Origin: an uncultured virus (IMG/VR IMGVR_UViG_3300022916_001241)
Lineage: Duplodnaviria > Heunggongvirae > Uroviricota > Caudoviricetes
Length of the DNA: 64,000 bases
Direction: 5' to 3' (one strand)
Virus record (IMG/VR): IMGVR_UViG_3300022916_001241
Made by a program: the position numbers and the translations under genes. The notes below the pieces were generated by a model. The model worked only from the letters and a program-made list of their open reading frames with translations. It did not search any database and was not told the DNA's origin. Position 1 is the stretch's first letter. Each line of letters opens with the position of its first letter. Below are positions 30,201 through 42,200 of the stretch, in pieces.

Positions 30201-30623
30201 CTCATGTGTTGCATTATTATTATAAATTGATTGTCTCAAATTGTTTAAGTAACTATCATTAATATAGTTAGATATATCAAAATTAGAGGCTTGCAAATTC
30301 AACTTATCTAAAATCTTAACCATTTTATCACTTTCAAAAAACCTATATAACCACATTAAATCAAATGTTTTTTTATAAAACGGATTGTTTACTGACAAAT
30401 AATTAAATGCCCCCAACATAACTGGCTGAAGAGTTTTGTCTTGGTATACCTTTCCATCCACGAAAGTATCATTAAATATATTAATCTCACTATCAAGCAC
30501 ATCTTTATCAGAAGATAAATCCACCTCTACATATCCACCATCTTTACCCTTTAGTTTTGATAGCGGATCAAAATGGCTAGCATAGTACTTGTCAATTAAA
30601 TATTCAACATCTTTTTTACCCAT
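27276..30623 (-). CDS. Large hypothetical protein in the tail/baseplate cluster
   Basis: 1115-aa intact ORF with no recognisable motif. Confidence 0.6.
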   Translation of the reverse strand: MGKKDVEYLIDKYYASHFDPLSKLKGKDGGYVEVDLSSDKDVLDSEINIFNDTFVDGKVYQDKTLQPVMLGAFNYLSVNNPFYKKTFDLMWLYRFFESDKMVKILDKLNLQASNFDISNYINDSYLNNLRQSIYNNNATHELFSSDESWGALFQLLKRIYYEDLVSITNVVNKNYNLKDLFLLDKNLFNILTSVDTNELKQYQEIYDLYNDTGKFDLSIFGSLAGDPIKNNFERAFEKSIDILYGKRLYNKPIKHTSELDIFDYEDRLYKLDDDVIDISRFLTNRNVIFDEGVRFDNNDLKMREYLNQIVFLLVTEVFFSDNEESLGSDVDSVENSLQKLLGSFVNVAGNDVREFVLLLMGFKDSKTKSDLLNFSNKITSYLGNKKFVGEFNKLQSYVVKLVNKFLTAKSGFYSDETSSSNNFALKDLFDVNDLIDAKTLDGFIKFGDNTEQTSNYIYSTLQNNTPPAQWNDNGPMLLEKFADKDLNFSVMSMMSYYNNNVFLKKMFLYSTYKYLKNKDDFEKISGFSDLGEYVESEKSFVSLFDVDMKFNTNDGKFEYTNYGEGSYAHTKFFGYYLHHVSKPDYTHQLNRVHWVKDGLSFCNEISDCGVFENILNYCYNMFNDIKSSSSYSTKYRNISFFNLAFMCYDLFSNIYKLYWPYYVRQASGNRLLYEIRDSAMDYNKPSQLPNVDNITKVLPDDPDGEYILEPQEPFISYINNSPYDDVMINKIKGSINNNNYGLYDNNLMKFFPADFIGNKFADDHYFIVDNLAKYLSVVKNEFIIYLDSLLGLDTKILELVEGINENFELASNYLDKSEINIDKNLYNELVFPYSSAPIQYDSTQFFRLNNVAVTDKKEYKLIKSKVGDFNNGKILAVGIPNGLVESLNNNLSSKIKINVFKKNFNKSGDESVDNVGSYLFDLKYRYINEYEDVVGFDDGGSHSVSELDDNLEEVNEQLSCALKKYVEVMYSANFDEDIFSKTDNIAKIDNISDLNRFFNNEVVDEIFDSLDFELDENQNYIGKNDIDNINRNMLKKVLYCISGMPKNVFSKLLSEKYFRKVYFIHVPDNVNLQESVNLDQFFVEIEKEKHGKDVGKFKDIKSGIDLKTKFVDIDL

Positions 30624-30632
30624 AACAATTCC

Positions 30633-33335
30633 TTATTTAATAATTGAACCAAAGTTATTATCAAGCATAAATGGCCTCATTCTATATTCAAATTTCCTAT
30701 TTATGTTATTAATGCCAACATCTATAACAAACTTTTCATCTATACTTTTTCCAACGTACTGCCATGGCATACTAGTTCCAGACTCTCTTTGCTCTAAAAC
30801 ATAAAAATCAACATTATCATCATCAATAACGCTTTCTAATGAAATTTCATATAGATAGGCAATCTTTCTTATCAACAATGAGCCATATTTAAGCTTTATA
30901 ATCCTTTTTGCAGGCAACTCTATGTCTAACTCATTAACAACATTTTCATCTAAAACATTCAATGCAATATTATCAATATTCGGTATCTCACTTCTATCTA
31001 TCATATATTTTTTCTTTCTCTCATCAGTATCAATAAATTCATTTAAATTGACAACAGATGTACTCACCCTTACCTTATAATTAGTATTGTCAACATTGAT
31101 ATTCCCTAATTTCTTAATCCTGGAAAAATCAATTTTATTTCCCATAACAAAATTAGAGTTAAAAACTTCACCATTATCCTTATTAACCAACTCTACTTTA
31201 TATGCTGGTAATTTTTTAGATAATGACTCCTTTATATCTGCACGCTCCAACTCTTCTGCGAACGATTTAACAACAACTTCGTCTGACTTTTGTTTATTCT
31301 TTAAGGAGTCAATTAATATAGCAGCCACGCCCTCGTCATCAAATGCTGAGTCATCAATCTTTGTGTCAACATTAATTTTAATATCATTTTTATTGCCCAC
31401 TTTAACATCAGCCCTTACATCATATATTTTACCATCTTGATCAGTCCTAACATTTCTTCTATATTGTATAGTTGAAAAATTACCACTATCCTCAAAGGCA
31501 TTATGGAACCTATCAAAAACCTTAACCGAATATTCATATATATTATATTCAGTTAAATTGTTGTCAACAAAACTTACCTTCCCACTCTTTGATATGTTTT
31601 TCGCACTACCGCATTCATTAAATTTATTTTCGAACCTAGATACGTTACGTCTTAATAGATTTGCAAACTCAAATTCACCAGCTATGCCTTCAATATCAAC
31701 ATTTATTTTATTACCGTTCTCCTTGACAAATATATTTGGCTTACTCTGCACCAACCCCCTCTTATATTTAGAACCAAAGTCACCATTAGATGTTTTTGCA
31801 ACCATATCATAAAAATCATATGACTCAACGCCATTTAAAACAGTAATAAACCTATATTCAAATATATCACCGCTATAATTGTATTTCTTATCAACAAAAT
31901 TAACAAACTTAGATTTGCTCAAATCCTTTTCAACACTAACATTACTAACAAAATCCATTTTTGTTTTCATCTTTTTATTATTAAAGCCTAATCTTCTTTT
32001 ATAGATCTTAATAAAGTCACACTTTACACCATCTATTGAAATATTTATACTTAAATTACCAAAGCTAGTAACAACACTACTAGCATGACTTACTGGCTTA
32101 GGTGGAACACCTAAATCTGATAGGTTCACTACATTATTAGGCACGCTCGATCTATCATCTTTATTATCACCAAAAACTTTTATATTGTTGCCAATGTTAC
32201 TAATACTTATGTCTTTAGGCACAACAAATTTAATACTATTATTTTTACCAGCAACATACCTATTTTTACCAAACGTGTTCGATGATGCAACCCTATATTC
32301 ACCAAAATCAATACCGTATTTATTAGAATCATAATCATTAAAAACATAATTGCCGTTTTTGTTAACATTGCTAACCGATCTTAAGGCTTTTTTATCTAAA
32401 TTACCAACAAGAAGATCATAAACATCACAAACAACATCATTACTAAAAATATTAGATATAGACTTGCCATTAAGTAACATGTGAAAATATGCCTCATTAA
32501 AACTCTTAAAGAATCTATCGCCAAGATAAACAGAATTACTTCTAAGCTTTAAGTCATCGGCATAACTATCTACACGCAAATAATTATCATTAATTGAAAC
32601 GTTTTCATTTGATGTGTTAGATCTGTTTTTATCTAACAAAACATTATTATAATCAGAATAATTTAAAATTGGCAAAAACTTTTTATTAGAAGCAGCAATG
32701 TTAACATCACTTTTAATTACCCTCAACTTATCAACATTGTTCTTAATATATCTATTAGACAAATCAACATTAGTAATATTGTTAGCTACCCTATCCTTTG
32801 GCGATTGCGCTTTATTACTAAGTCTGCCAGCTTCATGCTCGTAAACATTAATATTGTTAGACAAAAACTCATTATTAACTAAGCCATATAAACCAATAGA
32901 GCCAAAGTTAGAAGAAATATTATTGTTATATTTTAAAACATTTAACAAGTTATTAACAACAGTAAAGTTTTTAGAAATTGTGTTAACATGTGCTCTATAA
33001 GAATCTAAGTCTTTGAAACCAAACTTATCCTTATAAACAAACTTATATAATTTATCATAAAGAGAATCATTATTATCATCAAACAACCCAAAGAATAGCT
33101 CTGAGATGCCATTTATATAATCCATAACATAGCTCTCAGGCAAAGAAACAAAGACATTGAATACATTTTGCTCACCATTGCTTTCTTGCTCATTCAACTC
33201 TATTGCTAAATCAATAGGCTCAACCTTACTTTTAACATCTATATAATTAAAAATATTTTTATTATCAATACCTTTATTTTTATAAAGTCCAGAATTATTA
33301 CTATTTAAAAATTTTCTATTTTTATTTTTAGCCAT
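30633..33335 (-). CDS. FN3/Ig-like repeat virion protein
   Basis: Repeated FVD...YEY(R/S) strands (FVDKK...FEYRF, FVDNNLTEYNIYEYSV, FEYRMRP). Confidence 0.55.
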   Translation of the reverse strand: MAKNKNRKFLNSNNSGLYKNKGIDNKNIFNYIDVKSKVEPIDLAIELNEQESNGEQNVFNVFVSLPESYVMDYINGISELFFGLFDDNNDSLYDKLYKFVYKDKFGFKDLDSYRAHVNTISKNFTVVNNLLNVLKYNNNISSNFGSIGLYGLVNNEFLSNNINVYEHEAGRLSNKAQSPKDRVANNITNVDLSNRYIKNNVDKLRVIKSDVNIAASNKKFLPILNYSDYNNVLLDKNRSNTSNENVSINDNYLRVDSYADDLKLRSNSVYLGDRFFKSFNEAYFHMLLNGKSISNIFSNDVVCDVYDLLVGNLDKKALRSVSNVNKNGNYVFNDYDSNKYGIDFGEYRVASSNTFGKNRYVAGKNNSIKFVVPKDISISNIGNNIKVFGDNKDDRSSVPNNVVNLSDLGVPPKPVSHASSVVTSFGNLSINISIDGVKCDFIKIYKRRLGFNNKKMKTKMDFVSNVSVEKDLSKSKFVNFVDKKYNYSGDIFEYRFITVLNGVESYDFYDMVAKTSNGDFGSKYKRGLVQSKPNIFVKENGNKINVDIEGIAGEFEFANLLRRNVSRFENKFNECGSAKNISKSGKVSFVDNNLTEYNIYEYSVKVFDRFHNAFEDSGNFSTIQYRRNVRTDQDGKIYDVRADVKVGNKNDIKINVDTKIDDSAFDDEGVAAILIDSLKNKQKSDEVVVKSFAEELERADIKESLSKKLPAYKVELVNKDNGEVFNSNFVMGNKIDFSRIKKLGNINVDNTNYKVRVSTSVVNLNEFIDTDERKKKYMIDRSEIPNIDNIALNVLDENVVNELDIELPAKRIIKLKYGSLLIRKIAYLYEISLESVIDDDNVDFYVLEQRESGTSMPWQYVGKSIDEKFVIDVGINNINRKFEYRMRPFMLDNNFGSIIK

Positions 33336-34367
33336 TTAAAAAAATTCCACAATAAAATACTTAATAAACTTAATCAATGCGCCTGGGGCATCAAAGCCTG
33401 GAGAGTCAATGTAAACATCATTACCATTATAATAATAGTCTAAAAGCCCAACATAATCATTATAATTACTTTCTTTAGAAACACTATCTATGTCTGCATC
33501 TACAATAAATTTACCAACAACATAAACACCATTACCAACATTAACAAAATCCAGTTTATCAATATTAGAAACTGTAGAGATATCAGAATCAGAAGCTTGT
33601 TTATTCCTAAAGAAACTTATAATACAATTATTGTTCTCACTGGTGTTCTCAAAATTAACAACCTTTGGTGTATTATTGTCAAAAATATTATAAAAACTTT
33701 GCTCACTCTTTTTGTCTTCAAAACTACTATAACCAGAATCAGAATAATCAATGCCCAAGGGAGGTAAAAAAGCATAGTTGTTAAACACGCCATTAAAAGA
33801 ATATAAGTCTGACGCCATAATATAGTTAATAGAAGCTTTATCGCTCAAAGAATCATAATCAACATTCTTACCAATGTCAAAAACAGCATCATCAAAATTA
33901 AACTCTAATAAATCTGATGACAAAACTAAGCTTTTATTTCTATCCTTTAACTGTTCAGTCAGTAAATTAAAATGACCCTTTAGTTTGTTATACACACTAG
34001 AAACAACAAAGCTATCATCAATACAACTTGATAAACTAGATGAATTAACATTGTAAAAATCAAAACCCTTCTTAATAGCATTGTCAACAGAGGAACTGTT
34101 TAACATTACAAAGCCGAAATCACCATCCCAATCAACAAATTTACCACCTCCATCAATAATCTCTGAAGCCATTCCTAATGATTCAAAAACAGGAACATTA
34201 TCAAACAACTCTTTATAATAAAATGCAAACTTATCTGAAACCCCAACGCAAACTTCATTGTTATCCACGCCGAAAGCAATCTTCAGTGCCTCGCTTTTGT
34301 TCTTAGAATCATTACAAGTAGTATTGTAATCTAAAACTCTCTCTTTTTTATTTAAAATTCCAGTCAT
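33336..34367 (-). CDS. Hypothetical virion protein
   Basis: 343 aa; N-terminus MTGILNKKERVLD weakly echoes 24599..25321. Confidence 0.5.
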   Translation of the reverse strand: MTGILNKKERVLDYNTTCNDSKNKSEALKIAFGVDNNEVCVGVSDKFAFYYKELFDNVPVFESLGMASEIIDGGGKFVDWDGDFGFVMLNSSSVDNAIKKGFDFYNVNSSSLSSCIDDSFVVSSVYNKLKGHFNLLTEQLKDRNKSLVLSSDLLEFNFDDAVFDIGKNVDYDSLSDKASINYIMASDLYSFNGVFNNYAFLPPLGIDYSDSGYSSFEDKKSEQSFYNIFDNNTPKVVNFENTSENNNCIISFFRNKQASDSDISTVSNIDKLDFVNVGNGVYVVGKFIVDADIDSVSKESNYNDYVGLLDYYYNGNDVYIDSPGFDAPGALIKFIKYFIVEFF

Positions 34368-34401
34368 GTTAATAAATATTAAAAGCCCTTACTTTTTTTT
34401 C

Positions 34402-37400
34402 TTATTTGTCGATTATGTCAAAATAAGGAGAACTTGCTGTCTGCTCAAAACTAATATTGCCTGTTTGTACATACACAATGTACTCTTTGTCATTTTGCCA
34501 AGTTTTAGTAGTAATCCTTGGCTCTAAAATATGTCTAAATTGACCATAGCTAAATGGATAAAATACAATCCTCTCCCTATTTTGATAATAAAGACTAGAC
34601 GAAATATTATGAACATCATTAGCCAATTCAAAAACATTGTTGCCAGCACGTTTGCTATCAATAAGTACATTACTATAATCATACAAAACATAATTAAAAT
34701 CACCACTAGCACTATTTAACATGTATGGTGCATCAATAGATGACGGATAATCAGGACAACTATAATCATCACTTAAATATGTATTACCCAAATCATGATA
34801 AAACTTTTGATTTACCTTTCTAATATAATCCTCGTCACCATAACCATTAGAAGTTTTCTCATATTGTTTTAACTTAAACTTTCTTAAGAAAACATTGCCG
34901 AACAATTGATCAGAATTTTTATAACCAACAACAAAGCTGCCCGTTTTATCGTAAAGTAAGCTTGCACTTAAATGCTGTCCTTTTGTAGAACTAACATCAC
35001 CATTAAGCCCTGGCGTATAAGCACCATTGTCAATAATTGCTTTTGCAAACGAAGCATTAATCACAGGAATGTTAACAAAGGCATCAGTTTTTACAAAAAC
35101 ATCGCCTGCGCCTCTAGATGGATATACATGCCCATTAGAGCTAGTAACATAATTTAAATTACTAGAAGCAGTAGCTATAATTCTTGCTGATCCAGCCCAT
35201 GTATTAATTTGACTAGCAACCATTGGGCTTTCTGCCACCCAATCAAACTGCTTAGCTAACGACAAATCAGCAAAAGAGTTTTCAATAACTCGCCTAGTTA
35301 TGCTGCCAGTAACACCGCTAGAAATATTATCATGATATTTAGTTTTAAAATACCCTTTAGTGCCTATAGCTGCATCATAATTAGGCTCACCAGATTCCAC
35401 TATTTTATTCTCAACGCCATATTCGGACACAACACTAGAAGTTAACTGATATCCTATTTGAGCTTTATTAATAAGCCACGGTGCTCTATTATTAATATTC
35501 CAATCCCTACCAACGCCAGTTCCTATTGGATCACTATCTAAAGGTGTCATAGACATAGTGTTAGCATTATACAATCTTTTGTCAGTCAAGCTAGATCTAA
35601 CAGATATATCACCAAACGAATTGGTCAACAAGTTTGCATAAGTTGACTGAGGCATAACGCATGACGCATTATCTTCTAAGGCTGACGATACTGAGCCGCT
35701 ATCTTGTACAAAAACAAAGTTAGACTTCTCATTTCTAAAATAAATACAATTTTTGTCATCAGTCAACAATTCGCTAGCAGCATCCCTACTTTCACTCATC
35801 AACAACAAATTAACTGGCTTACTATTAAAATCATTAATACCATCTAGAGAAAACCTGTTAAACAAACTAGAGTCTTCAGGGCCACTTCTATCAAACGAAT
35901 AAGTTACTGCATTTATGACAGATGACGCAGTAACATAAGATTTTGGATATTGTAAATATACACTATAAAACATATTAGAATATTCATCTGGCGGTATTCT
36001 TTTATAAAAAGTTAAGTTATAATAATCGCTAATATCATGAGTAATAACACTAAAGAAATCCTCATTATTAGCATTTGCGACATCAACCAATTGATCTATT
36101 TCCGCATCTGTAAGCCCATAAAATTTAGTATATTGATATATTGTAAACTCATCATCATTCCATGTAGGATAATCATTTGAAGATAAATCCAGTATAGTAT
36201 CGTAAAAATTACTATTATGCAACACGCCTTCGTTAACTATATAATTCTTAAACCCATAAAAACCCTCTAAACCAACACCAAAGAAATTTCTATTATTAGT
36301 ATTATCATCACTAATTTCACACAAAGCATCATTAGCCGGATCATACTCATATTTAGTCTTAGCATACGACTCAATATCATCACCAGGATCAAACTCCCAT
36401 GTTGACCCTCCCATAAAATGTCTCATACTAGAGTTCTGCCACCGAACCGATCCCATGGTCAACAAATCGTCTTTAGAATCAAATAAATTCTTGTCTTCCC
36501 TGTATGGCCTGATGCCAGGAACAATAGCCGCATTTGGAAAATTATCTGTATTTCCAAAATTATCAGAAAGCCCACTAGTCCTACCCCTAACTGTATCATA
36601 CACAAAAGCATTGTTAATAGCAGGACCATCAACGCTAGCCGTAATCCCAAGCACAAATATTTCAATTGTCCCTCTAGTAGCTACAGAATAATTAAGCAAC
36701 GATGTTCTAAATGGTGAAGGGCTATTATCAAAATTTGACTTATCGACCAAGTTATTATATAAGTTTTTATAACCTATATTGTTTGTTCGCCTATCTAGGC
36801 TATTCTTTAAGAAATTATTATCAGAAAACACATCATCAAAATCAAACCTTACTGATGATGTGTTATAATCCAATAAACTAACATCTCTAACTATATCGCT
36901 ACTAGATGTTAATAAGATAGCTTCTACTTTAATTGAAGCTGTTGATAAATTAAATTCAGAAAAATTGTCATACACAACTGAAGAAATTCGCCTATAGTAA
37001 CCATAAGAATCTACATCATAACTAGATGAATGTCCAAAAGACCAAATATAATTACTGTTTTGATCTAAGCCCGTAGGAACCTGACCAAAATAACCATCGG
37101 GCAAATCTACATTGGCTAACCTACCAGCCGCATTGTATATAAATTCTGGCTGACTATAATATGGACCAAAAGACTTAGATGCAGCTACAACACCACTGCT
37201 ACAGCTATAAAAGTCTATAGACATAGTAAATGTATATGCAGATAACGCACCAACATTGATCTTACCAGCATCACTTGGAGTTTTATGTCCCACATAAACA
37301 TTGTCCAACGAAGATGTTAATGCAAGCCCAGAACCACTAATTGGGTTATAAGTCTGTTTATGTACAACAGAATATTTTTGATTATTTCTAAACCAATAAT

Positions 37401-39192
37401 CATTTATCTCACTCATGCTCTTAATAGATGGAAAAAGAGCATCACCACTAATAAGGTTATCATTATATGCACCTGGAGCATTGAGAAATGATGATGTTGC
37501 TCTGATATTGCTAGAACCAGCAGTAAATGAAACGTTATGTGGTTGCCAATGAGATATTACCTTCCCGCCTTCCGGGGCAGCAGCCCAGGCACTATTATAT
37601 GTCGTATTATCGTTGTCCTTAGTAGCACCACCTAATGTGCCAGTTATATAATGTTCTGGAACAAACATCCTTGGCAATTGTGTCCTATTAGGCTCAAATA
37701 TTTCATTACCAACATTAGGCTCAATATTATGCATATCATATGGGCCAATAGGTACTCTACTATAATCACCAAAAGCAAATGAACATGATGGAAACTTTAC
37801 CATTTCATATGGTCTAACTGGCTGAAGTGGTGAACAACCAACCCTAACCTCATTAACAATGGATGGTGTCAATGAAGAAGACACCAAAAACTTAATTGTC
37901 TTCAACGACTCAAAGAACTTATATATATTCCTCTCACACAACTCATCACCGACCACTTCATTTATAGCTGTAGATATTAATTGCTGATTATCTGTAGTAG
38001 TTAAGGAGTCAACACCAACATCCCAAACAACACGATCAGCAGCAGACTTTTTATACCCACAATGCTTAGTCTTATATCCAGTAGACCCATAAACACTAGT
38101 GTCAATATAGTTATTAACATTATCATAGTCTCTTATATCGTAAGAATACTTTCTCCTTATTGGTGGTAATAAATTATAATCAGACTCAATTCTTTGCATA
38201 GAATCAAATGGGGAATTTCTATATGTCCATTCTTGTTTTCCGGCATCATTAGAAATAATATTACAATCTCCACGATCCCTACTTTTAGATGAAACAAAGT
38301 GCCAATTATACTTCTGATGCAATATTTCTAACTCATCTAAACCAATTAAATTATAGTCATTCCCCACAGTATACATTTTCACACTATTAAATGGAGATGA
38401 CGAAGTTTTTGATAATAATATTTTTTGTGCCCTAGTTTTATTGAAAGTTCTAGTACCCAAAGAAGAACTTTCTTGCATCATGGCATTACCTATAATTGGG
38501 TATATTGTTGATGATGTATATATATAATTTTTATATCCATCGTTAAAAAACCCAACTAGCTCAGCCTCACCACCAGGAACATATTCCTCAAAAATATGTC
38601 CATATTTATTAATAGACGCTGTACCATAATAATATGCATCCTTATAAAAACCACGTTCCTTGGCCTCCATAGTTCTATTAGAGTCTACATGTGTATATAC
38701 AATATCGTCACCATCAGACAAACCTAACATGCCTTCGCCCTTGGTGCCTCTAGCAAAAAATGGGAAACCTATATAATCATCGTATCTTATAGGGTATGTC
38801 TCTATAATTGAATTATTTTCAAGACTAAACCTATTATAAAAATACTTATTAGAGCTAGTTATTACACCATATTGATCATCATCTCTAAAAACGTTGAAAG
38901 TATCTGCATCATAACTAATTGAATCTACAATATCATCTTGACCAAGAAAAACACAACCATCATATAAATCATCATCATAAATCTTATTATATAGTTTACC
39001 TGAGAACTCTTCATTGAAAAACCCATACGAACCAGAATAGTTTTTTGAGGAATGGTAAAATTTTTGTGTTGGCGCATTTATTGCTGGTCCTGAGAACCCG
39101 CTATTTCCCACCATTCTTTTATCTGAATATATACCATCTTGAGCCTTTTGAGACTTTATAATAATTGTACCACTTGCAACATTTATAGCCAT
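34402..39192 (-). CDS. Large virion structural protein (tail/baseplate periphery)
   Basis: 1596 aa, Ser/Thr/Asn/Tyr-rich, many TSS/TAS/SGS motifs, inside the baseplate cluster. Confidence 0.6.
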   Translation of the reverse strand: MAINVASGTIIIKSQKAQDGIYSDKRMVGNSGFSGPAINAPTQKFYHSSKNYSGSYGFFNEEFSGKLYNKIYDDDLYDGCVFLGQDDIVDSISYDADTFNVFRDDDQYGVITSSNKYFYNRFSLENNSIIETYPIRYDDYIGFPFFARGTKGEGMLGLSDGDDIVYTHVDSNRTMEAKERGFYKDAYYYGTASINKYGHIFEEYVPGGEAELVGFFNDGYKNYIYTSSTIYPIIGNAMMQESSSLGTRTFNKTRAQKILLSKTSSSPFNSVKMYTVGNDYNLIGLDELEILHQKYNWHFVSSKSRDRGDCNIISNDAGKQEWTYRNSPFDSMQRIESDYNLLPPIRRKYSYDIRDYDNVNNYIDTSVYGSTGYKTKHCGYKKSAADRVVWDVGVDSLTTTDNQQLISTAINEVVGDELCERNIYKFFESLKTIKFLVSSSLTPSIVNEVRVGCSPLQPVRPYEMVKFPSCSFAFGDYSRVPIGPYDMHNIEPNVGNEIFEPNRTQLPRMFVPEHYITGTLGGATKDNDNTTYNSAWAAAPEGGKVISHWQPHNVSFTAGSSNIRATSSFLNAPGAYNDNLISGDALFPSIKSMSEINDYWFRNNQKYSVVHKQTYNPISGSGLALTSSLDNVYVGHKTPSDAGKINVGALSAYTFTMSIDFYSCSSGVVAASKSFGPYYSQPEFIYNAAGRLANVDLPDGYFGQVPTGLDQNSNYIWSFGHSSSYDVDSYGYYRRISSVVYDNFSEFNLSTASIKVEAILLTSSSDIVRDVSLLDYNTSSVRFDFDDVFSDNNFLKNSLDRRTNNIGYKNLYNNLVDKSNFDNSPSPFRTSLLNYSVATRGTIEIFVLGITASVDGPAINNAFVYDTVRGRTSGLSDNFGNTDNFPNAAIVPGIRPYREDKNLFDSKDDLLTMGSVRWQNSSMRHFMGGSTWEFDPGDDIESYAKTKYEYDPANDALCEISDDNTNNRNFFGVGLEGFYGFKNYIVNEGVLHNSNFYDTILDLSSNDYPTWNDDEFTIYQYTKFYGLTDAEIDQLVDVANANNEDFFSVITHDISDYYNLTFYKRIPPDEYSNMFYSVYLQYPKSYVTASSVINAVTYSFDRSGPEDSSLFNRFSLDGINDFNSKPVNLLLMSESRDAASELLTDDKNCIYFRNEKSNFVFVQDSGSVSSALEDNASCVMPQSTYANLLTNSFGDISVRSSLTDKRLYNANTMSMTPLDSDPIGTGVGRDWNINNRAPWLINKAQIGYQLTSSVVSEYGVENKIVESGEPNYDAAIGTKGYFKTKYHDNISSGVTGSITRRVIENSFADLSLAKQFDWVAESPMVASQINTWAGSARIIATASSNLNYVTSSNGHVYPSRGAGDVFVKTDAFVNIPVINASFAKAIIDNGAYTPGLNGDVSSTKGQHLSASLLYDKTGSFVVGYKNSDQLFGNVFLRKFKLKQYEKTSNGYGDEDYIRKVNQKFYHDLGNTYLSDDYSCPDYPSSIDAPYMLNSASGDFNYVLYDYSNVLIDSKRAGNNVFELANDVHNISSSLYYQNRERIVFYPFSYGQFRHILEPRITTKTWQNDKEYIVYVQTGNISFEQTASSPYFDIIDK

Positions 39193-39217
39193 ATTATTAC
39201 CTATCTAATTTAATTTG

Positions 39218-42200
39218 TTAATCAACAACATCAACATCAATATTACACTGAACAATATTATTATCAATAATGTTTTTTTCTCCAACAGATAAACTGTCCT
39301 TGCCAACATATTGATAAAAATTCTTATAAAAATATTTATTTCTCTCCAGCATATGACTCTCTATAACAAAATTATTGCCAAGAAAGTTAGTCTTTGCTGG
39401 AATTAATTGCTTTGCAAATTTAAATATGTTTTGATCAAACCAAACAAAGAAGTCAAAAAACCCTTTTATATTTATTTTACCTCTAAGTCTATTAAAGTAA
39501 GTCATTCTTAATGATTCTAAATTACAATAAGTGCTAGAAAACATATCATTATAACTACCAACATAATTAGTCATGTCTTTTATTGTCGAAAAAATATTAA
39601 CAATGTCATCATTTAACGCCCTTACTACAGAAAACTCAACAGAAAATCTATCATCAACAATTCTCTCTGACATTAAATCAACTTCGTATACACTAGACTC
39701 ATTAATGCTTACCTTATCGCCATTGGCTGGCTCATCCCAATAAGGTGAAATACTAGAATAAAAATAATCCTCATTCTTTATCACAGGTGTAGCCAACTCA
39801 AAACCCTGGCCATACATATAAGATTTATCCCACACAACTTCACTTTTAGAGCCAGTCCATATTACTTCATTATTAATACCAACAGGAAACTTATCTTGAG
39901 AATAATCTACTAAATTAATAATACCTCCAGCACTCGAACTAACAACATCCTGATCACAAGAAACATCTAACCTTAATCTAGCCCAGTCATCTGTGTAAGG
40001 ATTGCTACTTAAAACATCTTTGTAAAAAGATGCACTAAAATTAAACTTATCAGGATTTTGCATACCTACTGACTTATAATTCTTTGTATGTTCTGAAAAT
40101 TCCTCTTGTGATAAAGCTTTAGACCAAAACCTAATCTGCGAAACTTGCCCAGAAAACTCAGTAACCCTTGAAACTGCTAATGGAACATCAGTTGTGTTAT
40201 TTAAGAACCCATAGTCAGATGACGATCCAGCATCCAAGCTTTGACTACCAATTACTATAAACGAACCACTGTTGTTATATTCATCAACAATGTTTTCCAA
40301 CACATTATATGTCTCAGAAGCCCCGACAACCTCCTTAAAAAATGATGATGTGAACTTACTACTTAGTAAAGACCCAAAGTTGTTTTTATTTGCCATCAAA
40401 AAATAACTTGATTTTGTAACATGATTATCTGATTTGTTTCTCCCCCAACAAATATTCCATTTTTCACCATCAAAAACATTAACACCAGTCAACTTCAGTT
40501 CTAATGTTGGTGATATTACAGAGTCATTATAACTTGAAGGTCTACCATATAAAGCTATAGATGAAGATATGTTTTGCTTATATGAAGACGATAACGCCAA
40601 CAAGTTAAATATAACCCCAGAATTAGATTTAGCAGATGATCCGGTAACATGCAATCTACACATACTCTGTGTACTAGCATATTCAATATTAGCTGGAAAC
40701 TTAACTATTTGTTCAACAGAAAACGATTGGCTAGTTAACAACGCATTGTTTTCGGAATTATAAAACGAACTTGATAATGGAGAACTATATATTAAAGAAT
40801 TACTAGCACTCATATCTAAAATGCCAGCAATCTCATATCTATCCTGCCTCTTATCTTCAAGATCAACAACGTAGTTAGTTCCACCATACTCAACAAACCT
40901 AAAGTTTGAATCTGGATTTATTCCAAACGCTCTTATGTAAGATTTAAGTGAATCAACTGTACCTTTAGTTTTATATATATGTGGCAGCAAGTGAAACACC
41001 CTTTCCCACAACTTGTCTCTAACTGAGGTCATTGTTTCAAAAACCCATTGATCATCAATAGTCACACCGCTACCATCAAAAAACTGTGAGAAAGATGCAT
41101 TATCAAAAAATCCTTGCAAATTAAACCCATAAAAATTAGCAACCTCTTTGGCGAAAATATCTGGAGCTTGATCATAATCATCAAAGCCAAAATATAACAT
41201 ATTTACGAACTGATCAATATATATTTTTATCTCATCAAAATGTTTTGCCCATGTATATAACAATCCAGCCAAAATATGAGAGCCAACAGTGCTATTCCTA
41301 TTAAACCTTGAAGTTTCATATATGTCAGTTCCAAATGGAGCAGTTGATTCATCACCAAACTCAAAATAACTAGCCTCCTCAAAATAATGTTCTGGCACCA
41401 TCCTAGTTATAAGAGAAGGGTTAACGTTATCATAAACAGAAGCACTACTAAGTAACAATGTATTTAAGTCAACCAAACTGTCATAACTTGGAAACAATAT
41501 AGGTGAATAATAATCATTTTCATAAGTCATATGAGAAAGCGTATTATCGCCACTAGCAGTATTTTGCAGCCTTATGTTTTCATATGAAGATATAACACCA
41601 TCATCAGAAGTTATTGCGCCGTGTAAAGAGTTTCCAGAATAATCTAAAACCAAGCTTTCTTTGGCAGTGCCATTTGGCTCATTAAATTTATAATACAACA
41701 ACAACCCATCTTGAGCAAAAACATTTCTATCTTTATACTTTAATAACTCAGATATACTTTTGTCCCTGTTCCAAACCCTGACCTCATCAAGAGCACCATT
41801 ATAATAACCAGACACGTCATCACCATCTACCCAAGACGAACCAGAACCAACATAAATATAATCCATATCAAAATTAGAGCTTTCAATTGATGATATATAA
41901 AAGCTATCACTTACCACCTTAACATTTCCATCTACATATAATCTTAACTTATGCTCATCAGAACTTCTATCCCACTCAGCAAAAACATGATGCCAAGAGC
42001 CTGTTGGAAATTCACAAGAGGCTGACATTGTAACATTATCATAAGACTCATCCGTATTTTTTACTCTACTAGCAACCTTAAAGTATAAACTAGAAGAGTA
42101 ATTGTTCTCAGTTGCCTCCGTACCACTTACTGCTAAAACTATACCATTGTTATAAGAATCATTCTTTTTCTGAAAGATCGTTTGATGATCTACTCCACCA